Shown piece after piece: positions 24,872 to 36,736 of a stretch of 62,077 nt of DNA. This DNA is from Salisapilia sapeloensis CBS 127946 (taxonomy: Eukaryota > Protista > Oomycota). A program made the translations under genes and the position numbers. The notes below the pieces were generated by a model, which was not told the origin of the DNA, made no database searches, and saw nothing but the letters and a program-made list of their open reading frames with translations. Position 1 is the stretch's first letter. Every line of letters begins with the position of its first letter. The stretch covers positions 1 to 62,077 of the forward strand of contig JAADVB010000095.1 in the NCBI GenBank assembly GCA_023334545.1. The letters are read 5' to 3'.

Positions 24872-26264
24872 ATGAGTGATGTGGCGCAGATACTCGGCGT
24901 TGCGTCGTCCAAGGGTGGTGGCGAAGGCGGAGAAAATGGTTCTGGTACACCCAAGAGCGAATTGGATCAGCTAAAACCTTCAGGTCCTTCACCAGCGGGC
25001 AAGGCATCGTCGCAGTCGCAGAACAAACAGCGACGGATGACTGGAATGCAACGAGAGGTACTGGAGTTACTCCAGTCAAATCATCGGGCAAATCACGGTG
25101 TCCTTCCGAGCACAAGTAAGCTCAGTATGGTTCAAAAGTGGCGTGCTCAGAAAGATAAACCAGCGACGAAATGGTGTCTTTTGCTTTCTTTCGTACTCTT
25201 TTTCATCTCCTAAAGCATGATCTAGGACGCGAAAGCCATTCAAGAACCCTGCGAGAAAAGACCTTATCGGTGAACAAGGTACTGGGCTGATCTTGAGTCA
25301 CTGGGGTAAAGTCCAAGTGGAGCAACCAGAGTACGTTTTCGCTCGCTTCAACGTCCATTGCGACGTCGTGAGCTACACAGACGACCAGTACAAATCTGTT
25401 ATCGAGCCACATGAAGATCCACTCATGTCGGATTGGGATAAACCACAGACGGATCTCTTATTCTCCCTCTGTCAAAAGTTTGACTTACGATGGCCGATCG
25501 TACTCGATCGTTTCAGTGCTTCACACTCTCGTTCCATGGAAGAGTTAAAGTATCGATATTACACGATTGCGTCTATCCTTCAATCCAGTAACACATTCGC
25601 ATTTGACCTTGCGTATGAACGGCAGCGGAAGCAGCAACTAGATCTACAGTTCCATCGATCACCTGCAGAAGAACAGGAGATTACAGCACTAACGTCTAAA
25701 CTCAAGAGTTTGGAGAGTCAATTGAAGAAACAAGCAGCAAAGATCGATAGTAAGAAGAAGAAGGAGGTTGGAGATATCATTCTAGCGTCCTTCCAACCAC
25801 AGCAGACGCCAGGTGTAAGCCTCCGATCTGCTCGACTGGATGTTCCTGTCGCAAATGCCAAAAGCAGAAAGAAAGGAATCAGCGCTAAGATGGCTCAGAA
25901 GATGCAGAGCTTCTTGGATGAACTCGGTGTACCTCCTCGACCGATGCCGACGCTCCAAGTCGTGGATATGTTGGATAAAGTGAGACAGGATGCCGTCACG
26001 TTATTGAGCTTACGAAAGCAATTGGAAAAGAAGAGAAAACAAGCGATAGAGCTGAGAGAACAGTACAAGCGTGTGACTGGAAAGGAACCTCCGATGCAAT
26101 TGGAGAAAGTGGCACGACACGAAAAGGAAGGAGACAAAATCAAGGCGGCACCTAAAGCTGCTGCTCCGAGTGGCAAGACTGGAAAGCAAGCGGAAAAAGG
26201 ACGGTCGAATAAACGTCGTGGACCAAACTTGGAGATGCCATCGAAACGCAATCGAAAGAATTAA
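24872..26264 (+). CDS. DMAP1: DMAP1/Swc4 (NuA4/SWR1 SANT subunit); intron 25174-25225
   Basis: MSDVAQILG, W|TRKPFKNPARKD across the splice, SANT WDKPQTDLLFSLCQKFDLRW. Confidence 0.88.
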
Positions 26265-26388
26265 TGCCATACTCTTTCTCTTTTCCATTTCTTACCATGA
26301 CCAGTATCGGAACAAATAGGTGAACCTCATACATTTTGCAATACCCCCTTTTCTAGGATAAATAGAACTTTTCTTTCTTTTGAACGGC

Positions 26389-26456
26389 TTTGTTTTTTCT
26401 TTTTTCTTTTTTTCTTCTCTTTTTTCTCTTTTTTCTTTCACCGTTTTCTTTTTCTT
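26389..26456 (-). repeat. A-rich polypurine tract in the PABPN1 3' UTR
   Basis: 52 of 68 nt are A on the minus strand; starts 8 nt after the PABPN1 stop. Confidence 0.85.
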
Positions 26457-26464
26457 ATAAGCAA

Positions 26465-27130
26465 CTAGAAGTACGGGTGGAAGCCTCGTCCACGGCCACG
26501 ACCACCACGCATCGGTCCACGACCACGACCTCTTCCCATACGACCACCACGGCCACGACCGCGACCACCACGCATGTAGTTAAAGCCTCGGACGTTGTGA
26601 CGCTTAGGCGTGACTTTGATCTGACGACCGCGGAAGTTGGTGTCATTAAGCAGGACAGCGCTTTCGACGGCGTCTCGAGACGCGAATTCAATGTAAGCAT
26701 ATCCCTTTGGGTGGCCAGTAAACTTGTCGCAAAGGATCGTCACTCTGTTGATGGTTCCACAACTCTGGAACAGCGCCTGCAGCTCTTCCGGTGTGCTACC
26801 GTAGTCCACTTGACCGATATAAATCGACGTTTCATCCAATGACGCCTGAGATGCAGCTTGGTTGGCATTGGTGGTGCTGGAGGGGGCACTTCCAGCATTA
26901 GAAGCACTGCCGTCGCTGACCATGGAGATGTCGTCGTCGTTTTGCTGACTTCCCCCCATCTGCGTCTCGACTTCGGACTGCATTTCCGACAGCTTCGCGG
27001 CTTCTTCCTCCATTTCCTTCACACGGCGTTTCATGTCCTCGATCTCGGCATCCACACCACCGGCATTGGATGTCGTGGAAGACTCCTGTTCCTTATGCAC
27101 TTGCTCCATTTGCTCCTGCTCGTCCGCCAT
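26465..27130 (-). CDS. PABPN1: Nuclear poly(A)-binding protein
   Basis: Acidic coiled coil ([18 protein letters not shown]), RRM (SIYIGQVDY...KGYAYIEF), RGG tail. Confidence 0.94.
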   Translation of the reverse strand: MADEQEQMEQVHKEQESSTTSNAGGVDAEIEDMKRRVKEMEEEAAKLSEMQSEVETQMGGSQQNDDDISMVSDGSASNAGSAPSSTTNANQAASQASLDETSIYIGQVDYGSTPEELQALFQSCGTINRVTILCDKFTGHPKGYAYIEFASRDAVESAVLLNDTNFRGRQIKVTPKRHNVRGFNYMRGGRGRGRGGRMGRGRGRGPMRGGRGRGRGFHPYF

Positions 27131-27456
27131 TGTCTTCTGGTCTTTTGAATGATTTCGTTCGAATCATTGGCCCCAGAAGCAATAGTGAAAATAAGAGTCT
27201 CGACAAAATACGAAATGGTACAACATGTACGCGATTCAAGTAGGATCGAGGAGCTCCATTGCGCTACCACTCGTGCCTGTAGATAGTTACGGAACAAATC
27301 TACTACCACACAGCTTCTGATGTCTTGGTAATACCGAATACAATGCTCAAGTATCGAGTACATGTTCGATCTGTACAAAATGCTAAATGAAGAATAATAT
27401 CGTACTTGATCGAAGGAAGACGATAGAAACTTGGACAAGCGCATCATCTTTCAGCA

Positions 27457-27684
27457 ATGGCCAAGAAGCAAGGAGTGTACCTCCGTCCGCGCGTCAAGCG
27501 TCGCACGCCTCTGATTGATGTCGGTCTTGCTATCATTGCAGGGGGCATCTCTGGTGTCTACATTTTCAATGACTCTCTCCGACGCTGGCAGCAATCCGAG
27601 CTCGAGCTGGAAGCGAAAGCAAATGGTAGGCCCGTACCAAACCAGCCTACAGCAGCAGCTAGCGATCAGCAGTCGTCTGAATAG
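27457..27684 (+). CDS. 75-aa single-TM microprotein, PIGBOS1-like
   Basis: ATG in good context; basic N-terminus; TM LIDVGLAIIAGGISGVYIF; divergent from PABPN1. Confidence 0.6.
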   Translation: MAKKQGVYLRPRVKRRTPLIDVGLAIIAGGISGVYIFNDSLRRWQQSELELEAKANGRPVPNQPTAAASDQQSSE

Positions 27685-27745
27685 CCAAGCAAATAGAAAC
27701 TCTCTCTTGTTGTAAAGTTCAATTGTGGTCCCTATTGATATGCGT

Positions 27746-28338
27746 TTACTTGCTATTTCTACTAGATCGGATACCCCAGCGTCTTTGACACTGTGTCTTG
27801 ATTGCGGGGTAGATAAATAGTATGAACTCTTTCCAGCTTTCTCGTAGAGTGTTAATGCCGCGAGTGCGCAATGTGCAAACTACTGTATTCTCCTGACCGT
27901 ACCAACAGCAAGCGAGAATGCATGAACAATACACGTAGAGAGCATTGACTAATGCAATCTGATGACCTGCCACCATGCTCAACATGCAAAGCAGATGCAA
28001 ACGCTTTGTTTTGTAGAGTAAACAGAAAGGGAAAAGAGATGTCTTGTACTGGGAAACTATGCTTACTAGAATGTCCTGGAATCGACAAGAGTCGCCATCG
28101 CCAATATAGTGCCTGTAGACAATCACTACAGAGACTCGACAGCATTTCAATGCACGCCTACGTACTGGATATGTACTTGATCAAGTTTATGTTTAAAAGG
28201 TCTAATCGATAGCAAAGCATCGTTTAATGGTATGGAAGTAGCTCAATTAACAAAACTTAACCTTACATACCTCCATCGCAATTATCAAATAAATTGGTTC
28301 CAACATGAAGCAACAGTTTTGAGATATTGCAAAGAGCT
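27746..28338 (-). CDS. Candidate intron-rich small membrane-protein gene (5' end unresolved; may be decayed)
   Basis: Introns 28270-28202, 28161-28113 and 28066-28004 (GTATGT/GTAGGC/GTAAGC...AG) keep one frame open to 27746. Confidence 0.35.
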
Positions 28339-28860
28339 ATAAGTATATATCATGAGCACGTGGTCATTCTTCTTAACATTCACGCGCGTCATTTTTTCGT
28401 TAAACAAAGACTCACTGATCCCAACTTCAATGTGTTGAAAACCAGTCAAGACAGCCGTTCAATCAAGTACGAGTAACGCTTGGACAAACATTCCACGCTA
28501 AAACATTCTCGAAGCTTTTTCAGCATTCTTCAAGAGCAGTATGCATCACTCTAATAACCCGCTGGTATACTTCCAGCCATACCTTGTCGCTTTCGCACAC
28601 ACAGGGAGCTACACCCTCCATTTCCTTCGTTTGACACGGTTCCATTCTCCTTGAAGCTTCGATCTTTTTCGGCCAACCGAATGGTTCATATCGACGTTCC
28701 CGCACAAGTGCGTCTCTTTAAATTGCCTCCGCTCCACATGAAACGCAAGATCAACTCCATCAGAATTTTCTGGAACAGCCTGTGCTTCCGAAGTCCTACT
28801 TTTATATTCACAATCGAATTAGCAGCGCAAGAACCACTCGAATTTCGTTGACCTTTGACC

Positions 28861-30822
28861 ATGTTGCGCGCACTTGCCAAGTCGAATGCCGCTGCCAAGA
28901 CTGTGCAGACGGCCCAGCGTCGTGCTTTCTCCGCCGGCGCTTCCCAGGAAGTTATCGGTATCGATCTCGGTACTACCAACTCGTGCGTTGCCGTGATGGA
29001 AGGCAAGAACGCACGTGTCATTGAAAACTCCGAAGGTGCACGCACCACGCCGTCTGTTGTCGCCATGCAGGAGGATGGTGAGCGTCTCGTCGGTATGCCT
29101 GCCAAGCGTCAGGCTGTGACGAACCCGACGAACACCTTGTACGCCGTCAAGCGTCTCATTGGCCGAAAGATCGATGATCCGGAGACCAAGGAAGTGTCCA
29201 AGGTTGTCTCGTACAAGATTGTGCCGGGCACCAACGGCAAGGACGCGTGGGTGGAAGCGCAGGGTGAGAAGTACTCCCCTTCCCAGATTGGATCCATGGT
29301 TCTTGGTAAGATGAAGGAGACTGCTGAAGGTTTCCTCGGCAACGACGTCAAGCAGGCCGTTGTTACGGTGCCGGCGTACTTCAACGACTCCCAGCGTCAG
29401 GCCACGAAGGACGCTGGTAAGATCGCTGGTCTTGACGTTCAGCGTATTATCAACGAGCCGACTGCCGCTGCTCTTGCCTACGGTCTCGACAAGTCCGATG
29501 GCAAGGTGATTGCCGTCTTCGATCTTGGTGGAGGTACCTTCGATGTTTCCATCCTTGAGATCTCTGGTGGTGTCTTCGAAGTTAAGTCCACGAACGGTGA
29601 CACCCTTCTCGGTGGTGAAGACTTCGACGAGGAATTGCTCCGATACCTTGTTGGCGAGTTCAAGAAGGAGACGAGCATTGACCTCTCTGGTGACAACCTT
29701 GCTATGCAGCGTCTTCGTGAAGCCGCTGAGAAGGCCAAGCGTGAACTTGATGGTCTTGCCCAGACTGACATCTCGCTTCCTTTCATCACGGCCGACTCTT
29801 CTGGCCCGAAGCACTTGAACATGAAGATCACGCGTGCTACGTTTGAAAACCTCGTGTCGAACCTCGTCGAGCGCACGATGGGACCGTGCAAGAAGTGTAT
29901 CAAGGACGCTGGCATTGACAAGAAGGAGGTTGACGAAGTCATCCTCGTCGGTGGTATGTCTCGTATGCCGAAGGTTCAGAGCTCTGTGGAAGAGTTCTTC
30001 GGCCGCAAGCCTTCCAAGGGTGTGAACCCAGATGAGGTTGTTGCCGTTGGTGCCGCTATCCAAGGTGGTGTCCTCCGTGGTGATGTCAAGGACGTTCTGC
30101 TTTTGGATGTTACCCCGCTTTCGCTCGGTATTGAGACCCTTGGTGGCGTCTTCACCAAGCTCATCCCGCGTAACACGACGATCCCGACGAAGAAGGCCCA
30201 GGTGTTCTCCACTGCCGCTGACAACCAGACGCAGGTCGGCATCAAGGTTCTCCAGGGTGAACGTGAAATGGCTGCGGACAACAAGCTCCTCGGTAACTTC
30301 GACCTTGTCGGTATCCCGCCTGCCCCGCGTGGCATGCCTCAGATTGAAGTCGCCTTCGATATCGACGCGAATGGTATTGTGAACGTCGGTGCCAAGGACA
30401 AGGCCACTGGTAAGGAACAGAGCATTGTGATCAAGTCCTCTGGTGGTCTTTCGGAAGACGAGATCGAGCGCATGGTTCACGAGGCTGAAGCCAACGCCGA
30501 GGCTGACCAGCAGCGTAAGGAGCTCATCGAGAACAAGAACGAAGCCGACTCGGTTGCGTATGTGACGGAGAAGACGTTGTCTGAGCACGAGGGCAAGATC
30601 GACGCCGAGACCGCTGAGACTGTCAAGACTGCCGTCCAGAGACTGCGCACGGCCAGCGAAGGCGACAACTTGGAGGAGATTAAGAGCGCTTTGGAAGAAG
30701 TGCAGCAGCTGTCGATGAAGATCGGTGAAGCCGTGTACAAGTCCCAGCAGGAAGAAGGTGGTGAAGAGAAGAAGGAGGACGAGAATGTGCATGACGCCGA
30801 GTACAAGGACAAGAAGGATTAA
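28861..30822 (+). CDS. HSPA9: Mitochondrial Hsp70 (mortalin/Ssc1)
   Basis: Presequence, [29 protein letters not shown]; no EEVD or HDEL. Confidence 0.97.
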   Translation: MLRALAKSNAAAKTVQTAQRRAFSAGASQEVIGIDLGTTNSCVAVMEGKNARVIENSEGARTTPSVVAMQEDGERLVGMPAKRQAVTNPTNTLYAVKRLIGRKIDDPETKEVSKVVSYKIVPGTNGKDAWVEAQGEKYSPSQIGSMVLGKMKETAEGFLGNDVKQAVVTVPAYFNDSQRQATKDAGKIAGLDVQRIINEPTAAALAYGLDKSDGKVIAVFDLGGGTFDVSILEISGGVFEVKSTNGDTLLGGEDFDEELLRYLVGEFKKETSIDLSGDNLAMQRLREAAEKAKRELDGLAQTDISLPFITADSSGPKHLNMKITRATFENLVSNLVERTMGPCKKCIKDAGIDKKEVDEVILVGGMSRMPKVQSSVEEFFGRKPSKGVNPDEVVAVGAAIQGGVLRGDVKDVLLLDVTPLSLGIETLGGVFTKLIPRNTTIPTKKAQVFSTAADNQTQVGIKVLQGEREMAADNKLLGNFDLVGIPPAPRGMPQIEVAFDIDANGIVNVGAKDKATGKEQSIVIKSSGGLSEDEIERMVHEAEANAEADQQRKELIENKNEADSVAYVTEKTLSEHEGKIDAETAETVKTAVQRLRTASEGDNLEEIKSALEEVQQLSMKIGEAVYKSQQEEGGEEKKEDENVHDAEYKDKKD

Positions 30823-30905
30823 ACGGTCGATACAGAATTTTAGAGTAGCCATTCGGGTTATTTGGTAGTTTTACTATGAAAGAAAAGGTTGTTTTTCTTT
30901 GCCAT

Positions 30906-31349
30906 TTACTTGTCTTGCGACTTTGTATCCGTTGGTGTGTCCTGGTTCGACTGCTCCATGAGGTCACCAATGGACTTTTCTAGCTCGTCGATGCGACTCC
31001 CCATCTCGTCGATCCGACCGACGATCGAGTCGGACATTTGCTGAAATCGTGATTGCTGTCTCGAGTTAGTATTTGTGTATCGTAGGAGAAGGACTAGTAT
31101 ACCATTTGATCTAGTAGCGTTTGGACCTGACAATATAAATTAAGTACTCAGAGCTATGTAAGCATGTAAATAAGACATACGAAGACGGCGAGGTCTTCCG
31201 TGTCATTACCCGTGCCTGGCGACGCATTCGCACCGTCAGTTGCATTCGTGGTGGCATTCATCTTATTCTGCTCATTCGAAGACTAATAGACCATCATAAA
31301 GTCTCCTTTAGTCGCTACGCAAGAGTAAACGGAGCGATGCTCGTACCAT
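30906..31349 (-). CDS. HSBP1: Heat shock factor binding protein 1; exons 31349-31347, 31282-31181, 31126-31103, 31055-30906
   Basis: Spliced product DLAVF|VQTLLDQM|[33 protein letters not shown] is the HSBP1 signature. Confidence 0.9.
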
Positions 31350-31619
31350 TTTCTCGCTTGTTTTTGATCTTTGCGCCGTTTGGTGTCAGCTAAACCCTAG
31401 TACTCGTATAAACACTGGTCGAATGGAAAATTTGAATCATGTCACAAATATGGACAGTACAATAGGAAAATCCATATCGTCTGTCTTTCTGATACTATCG
31501 AAAAATTGCACACCTCGAAGACGTCATGGCGACTTGATGTTGAGGTGCTTTCACTTCCAAGATTTCCCACCGATAGCCAAGTCACTGTGGGACCGTCTTC
31601 ACTTGAACATATCATCGAA

Positions 31620-32903
31620 ATGTCAAGTGACAGCTACTGCGCCAAGTGCGGCCAAGCGTTCGGTTCAAGCACGTATTTAATCGTGAACGACCAAAAGTTT
31701 CATCACGCATGCTTTACGTGCGCTGCCTGTCATCAGCAGTTTGTGAGTCACAAGTTCCAGTGGAAAAATGGCGAGCCGTATCATCATGAATGTTTTAAAA
31801 CACTCTTCCATCCAAAGTATACATTCTTGCTATGATATAAATCAGCACCTAGCTGACCCATTTTTATGTTAGATGTGAAGTTTGCGGAGACTATATCCCA
31901 GTGGATCCAGAAACCAGTCGTATCAATTTCAAGGTATGATTTATAGTATCTTGTCGTCCACAGCACTTTATAACTTCTTGCATGCCTTGTAGGAAATTCC
32001 CTTTTGGCACACGCGGATGTGTCCAGAGCATGAATGCCGAGCGCGGTGCTCAAGTTGCCAACGCATCGAAGTAGCTATCTTTCTGACTCGTACAGTAGAT
32101 CCGATTGCCTCATCTGTATTTATAGCCAATGGGCGATGAGAATCAGTTTGAAGATCTGTCGGACGGACGGAAGCTCTGTCGAGACTGCGCAACAACCGTC
32201 GTGTGTGATACGTCTCAAGTCCAGCAGGTGAAGGAACAAGTGTGGCAATTCCTCCACTCCATCGGCATCAACCTTCCTGACTTGCCAGTCTACCTCGTCG
32301 AGTACGCGACTTTAAATGAGCATTACCACGACCGTCATGCCCAGACTGGAGAAGAGCAGTCACCTCATACCACACGAGGAATGTGTATGTTTGAAGTGAG
32401 AACTATTCGCCATTTGTCGTCCAACGGCCGCGATACTGTTCCTGAACATGTTTCCCTCGATAAAGTACGTTTTTTCTTGTCGGATACGATATGGTGTGCT
32501 CATCAGCTCGTAGAACCGATCTGTGCGAGCGATATTGATTCTTCATGGCATGCCTTTTGATCTCGCTGCCCACGTCTTGGCGCATGAAGCCATGCATGCA
32601 TACTTCAAGCTGACGGATCGCTTTCCGGACAAGCTACCGCTTGAAGTGGAAGAAGGGGTGTGCCAATTGATGAGTTTTTTGTACATCAAGTATAAACAAA
32701 TGCAAGAAGATGATGATCAGCCGAAGAAGACACACGAGGAAGCTTTTCGTGCAAAGCTACGCGATTTCTATATCCATCAATTGAATTCGGATGTGTCCCA
32801 AGTCTACGGACATGGCTTCCGTTGTGCCTTAGAATCGTACAATCGGAAGCAGTCGTTGCAGACTGTTGTGGACCATGTTTGCGATCATCAGCGCTTGCCC
32901 TAA
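31620..32903 (+). CDS. LIM + LIM-like + DA1-type zinc peptidase; introns 31817-31872, 31934-31992, 32071-32125, 32465-32513
   Basis: LIM CxxC...HxxCFxCxxC...HxxC; CPEH, CSSCQRIE, LCRDC; LAHEAMHAY and EEGVCQ. Confidence 0.85.
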
Positions 32904-33720
32904 TTCGAATTACGAAATTGGTTTTGTCTTTTAAGATTTGTGCGTTGACATAAACTATCGATCGGATGCCCTTCGACGACTAGGCACTTGTTATAAGATG
33001 ATGATATGCAATAAAAACCGATGTCATGATCTGGGAAGACTGAGCATTCAAGCCGGCGGGATATAGGCTGTAAGTTTTGATCTTTGTACGGCAAAAGTAC
33101 GATTCGGAAGCCAAGTCTACTCTTCGGTAACTTCGATCCGAGTGCCAATTACTGATTTTTCCGTGCTCGGATTTGGAACATCCGCTCCGTTGGTATCAAA
33201 TTTGGTCTCATTAAACCTTTTGACGGTCAGTGCTTATGCACGTTGATTGATAGGAAAGGTGTCATCAATGAGACACATATCACGCCCAAGTTACCACATA
33301 TCTAAGCAATAGAAATCACAAGATAACGTTTGGATTACCTCTCTGTATATATAATCTTGCTAAAAAGTATGGCAACTAGCATTTTCCAGCATATTGTACT
33401 CTGATACGTCGTAATTCGATCAGGACCAAGCCATCTCACCCGATCATCTGGCCTTTTGGTCTGCAATCAAGAATTATATTTTAAAGCAAACAGCTCACTC
33501 AAACTAATTTGTACGGTCGCATACTTCGACGAAATTCCAATAAACTACATATCTACTGGGCAGGTGGATCTGGTGCAATCGACTTACTCCCGTTCGTCAG
33601 CTCTTGCCTGCTCAACTCCCGTATACTTTGTAATCAGATATGTAGCTCTTAACAGACTATTTTACTCAAATCAATGGGGTCAACTTAGCCTCAACTCGGC
33701 AAACAAACCGACAAGCTAAA

Positions 33721-34873
33721 ATGGAATCGGCATTAGGACCGTGGAGGGAGGCGACAGCACCACTTGAGCGTGAGGTGGATGATGATGGTGCTGCCATGCT
33801 ACTTCTCTCTTCCTGCAAACCACCTTCGACTGCTCAAACGTTGTCGAAAACCTCTACACAGACCGCAGACCGGTCTTGCTATCAGCCAATGCGCTATGAC
33901 CACTTTGTTCAGCGCATGGATACCTTTAGCATCGCTACTTGGTTTGCCAAACCCATTAATATTGGTGTGCTAAATGCTGCTCGGCATGGATGGATAAATA
34001 CGGACATTGACCAGCTTTATTGTGCCTATTGCAAGTGCTTTTTGATGTGTACCATCGATGACGATTTATCTATCGAGGTATGCTTATATCTATCTATATA
34101 CCATTATTCTACCTCCATTCTTACAGTTGTCACAATAGGGAAGAAAGTCAGTTGCGAAACGCTATGAGGAAAAGCTAGAAACTGGCCATTTAGAGGACTG
34201 TCCATGGCGTCGGAGCCCATCACCACTTTCATTCATCCGACTGCCAATGGCAACAATGTCCCAGACACTGACAGCATTAAAAAAGTCATTATCAACACTA
34301 TATCAGTCGATATCGTTAAACTATACGACACAGCAAGCGCTTTCCAGTGTCGAATTATCATCATCTTGCTTCTCCCAGATCCAAGGTGAGCTACAGATAC
34401 AGACAGACGACATAGCGGCAACGCTATCACACCATGCCCAGGAGCTTTTAAAGAAAGATAGTGACCAGTTGTCGCTAAATGACGATTTTTCCATGAAACT
34501 CATGGTCCTGGCTGTCTGTGGATGGAAGAAAGATGCCAATACCCCATGCTTACTTACATGTGACTGGTGTCACCGACGATTGTATCTGAAGGCTTCAAAT
34601 AATCGCAGTCAAGCCGACAACGAACCGACACAAAAGAAGCAAAAGCAACAATCGGAAAAACTAGGTGCAATTACCAGTCACCGGTATTATTGTCCTATGA
34701 TCGTAGCGATCACGTCTACTGACGACAAAGACGCTGACGAGTTTTTCAAACTACCTGGATGGAAGAGGAATGCCCGGTCGCTGTCCACTAAAAATGCTGC
34801 GAAGAGTAGTGTTGGATCGAAAGCCCCAAAGGAAGCTTACGACACCGTCATGGCCATGCTAAACTTTTCATGA
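33721..34873 (+). CDS. ZC3HC1: zf-C3HC/Rsm1 protein (NIPA-like); intron 34078-34138
   Basis: RMDTF...WFAKP...AARHGW...CAYC...H..DCPW; second module LAVCGW...CDWC...HRYYCP. Confidence 0.8.
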
Positions 34874-35058
34874 ATACCATCGTCTTACAATTCTTCGTTT
34901 CACATGCACTTAAAACGTTTTAAGAATACTTCGAATACGTACGTAAGTCTACGGGTTAATAAGTAGAAGTAGCTATAAATAACCAAAAGACCAACGTGAG
35001 GCGATGTCCTACTGGTGTACAAATATTTCATCTTGTGCGTTGCCGACTGCCGACAGAT

Positions 35059-36642
35059 ATGACGGATGAGAAGGAGCAAACTATTAGAGAGAGTACATCT
35101 TCACCTATGAGAGCTGTGAAGGTAGGAAAATGTACCAAGGAACTACGAAAGCAGACTTCTATTCGTAAAAATCGTGCGCTGTTGTTTGGTCCAATAAGCG
35201 GGTCACCATTACCCTCAGCTACAGAACACGCTCCCAAAAGACTTGTGGATGCTGCGAAAGAAGCCATTTTGACAGTTGCCAGTATCGTGGCTGTATCTGT
35301 ACTTTGCATTCTGGTCACTTGGGGCACGAATTTCTGCATGAGTCTCGGGTACTATCCAAAGATGATGTCCATCGCTGATCAGTCTGAAAGTGAATTTCGA
35401 ATCTCTATGGTACTGACAGCTACTTTTGTTTTGGCTGTACTTAATGTCGTACTGAATGCTGCCTTTGTTACGGTCTTTCGATCTATGAAGTTTGATGAAA
35501 ACCTCCTACCTGCATTCCGATATTGCGTTAAGACAATCTTCGTCTTCAGTTGGAAGCAATACCTCATCTCTGTTACTGGAGTGGCTGTAGTAAATTGGCT
35601 TATTTGTCATTTACCAAAGGACTGGCCACGGTCCCAACTCAGTATCATTGCAGTACTACCTCTTTATCACATTTTCCTTCATCCAGCAACCCTGGTAACG
35701 CTACGTTTACTGAAGTACCAGACTATACTTGGGAAGCGTGAACGTCCGGTGCAGGACATATCGATGGGTGAAGAATCACGGAAGAAGAATTCACGTCTGA
35801 AAAGAATCGCGATTGTATTTTTGTATACATTGCCTTATTATGCTTGTATCTTGCTAGGAACGATGTACACGGTCGCGATGAGTGGTATACGAATTGACAC
35901 ACAGCAAAACTTGCTCCTATTTGTGATAGGAGCAGTTGGGATAAGACTATGTATTCAAGAACTGATCAAGCAAGTGATTACCAAATTGGGACTCAATAAT
36001 ATTAGCCTCATGTCCTGTGTGATCGGAGTTCAGATCGTTATGATCGATACTCAAGTTCGTATGTGGCTCGATCAATTTAGCAGTGCACAAGCAACTGTGC
36101 TGGGTACATCTCTTCTTGCTGTCGCTGAAACAGGAGTGAGATTGTTTAAATTATATCTAGTTCAGCCATCGATTCGATTCACGTCCGTCGCTCCAACACT
36201 CGTAACAACTGAACATGAGGAAATATCTTTACAAAGCGAGGTAATTGCGAACGAGAAACAGAGAAGAAAATTATTGTTTCATGCAGCCGAATTATATGCA
36301 GAAATGCTCAGCGAGTACATTGCAATTGGATGTGCTGCCAGTGTCGTGCTTTTCATGTGGGATCATCCAAAATTTGCCTTAGGTTTCGACCAGTTGTCAA
36401 GTTCAACCGGTTCTAGATCTGCCGTGGCAGCAGACAGCAGTGTAATACGACTAACTCAGTATGAATTGATACTCGTCCAAGTAGGTGTCGAGATACTCGT
36501 CGATATCGCTACTTCCACCATCGAAGCGTACAATGGCGTCAATTTCATTCGACTGTCAACACAGTGCTATCTCTTTTTCTTCCTCTACTCCATCTTCGGG
36601 ATCATGAACATATATATCGCTTGCCTGGTCTACTTTGTCTAG
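35059..36642 (+). CDS. Uncharacterised multi-pass membrane protein (~10 TM)
   Basis: Long intronless ORF with many hydrophobic helices; start MTDEKEQ. Confidence 0.75.
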   Translation: MTDEKEQTIRESTSSPMRAVKVGKCTKELRKQTSIRKNRALLFGPISGSPLPSATEHAPKRLVDAAKEAILTVASIVAVSVLCILVTWGTNFCMSLGYYPKMMSIADQSESEFRISMVLTATFVLAVLNVVLNAAFVTVFRSMKFDENLLPAFRYCVKTIFVFSWKQYLISVTGVAVVNWLICHLPKDWPRSQLSIIAVLPLYHIFLHPATLVTLRLLKYQTILGKRERPVQDISMGEESRKKNSRLKRIAIVFLYTLPYYACILLGTMYTVAMSGIRIDTQQNLLLFVIGAVGIRLCIQELIKQVITKLGLNNISLMSCVIGVQIVMIDTQVRMWLDQFSSAQATVLGTSLLAVAETGVRLFKLYLVQPSIRFTSVAPTLVTTEHEEISLQSEVIANEKQRRKLLFHAAELYAEMLSEYIAIGCAASVVLFMWDHPKFALGFDQLSSSTGSRSAVAADSSVIRLTQYELILVQVGVEILVDIATSTIEAYNGVNFIRLSTQCYLFFFLYSIFGIMNIYIACLVYFV

Positions 36643-36736
36643 ATGGCATACTGCCAAGTCGGTCATTGAAGTTGATAGATCGCTCGATTACGTGATCTGT
36701 AGTTAACTTTTTGTCCGGTCGACACGAAGGACAGAA

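Noticed and set aside
28085-28112. YIGDGDS resembling a Mutator-like transposase motif
   Set aside because: Isolated 7-mer in a 46-nt exon; no DDE context, terminal inverted repeats or target-site duplication.
27952-28212. Cys-rich plus-strand ORF (B-box/JTB-like spacing)
   Set aside because: No signal peptide or clear TM; overlaps the better-supported spliced minus-strand frame.
28819-30852. 677-aa antisense ORF opposite mtHSP70
   Set aside because: Shadow of strong codon bias. Antisense ORFs to hsp70 are a known artefact (including the old oomycete antisense-GDH claim); no recognisable motifs.
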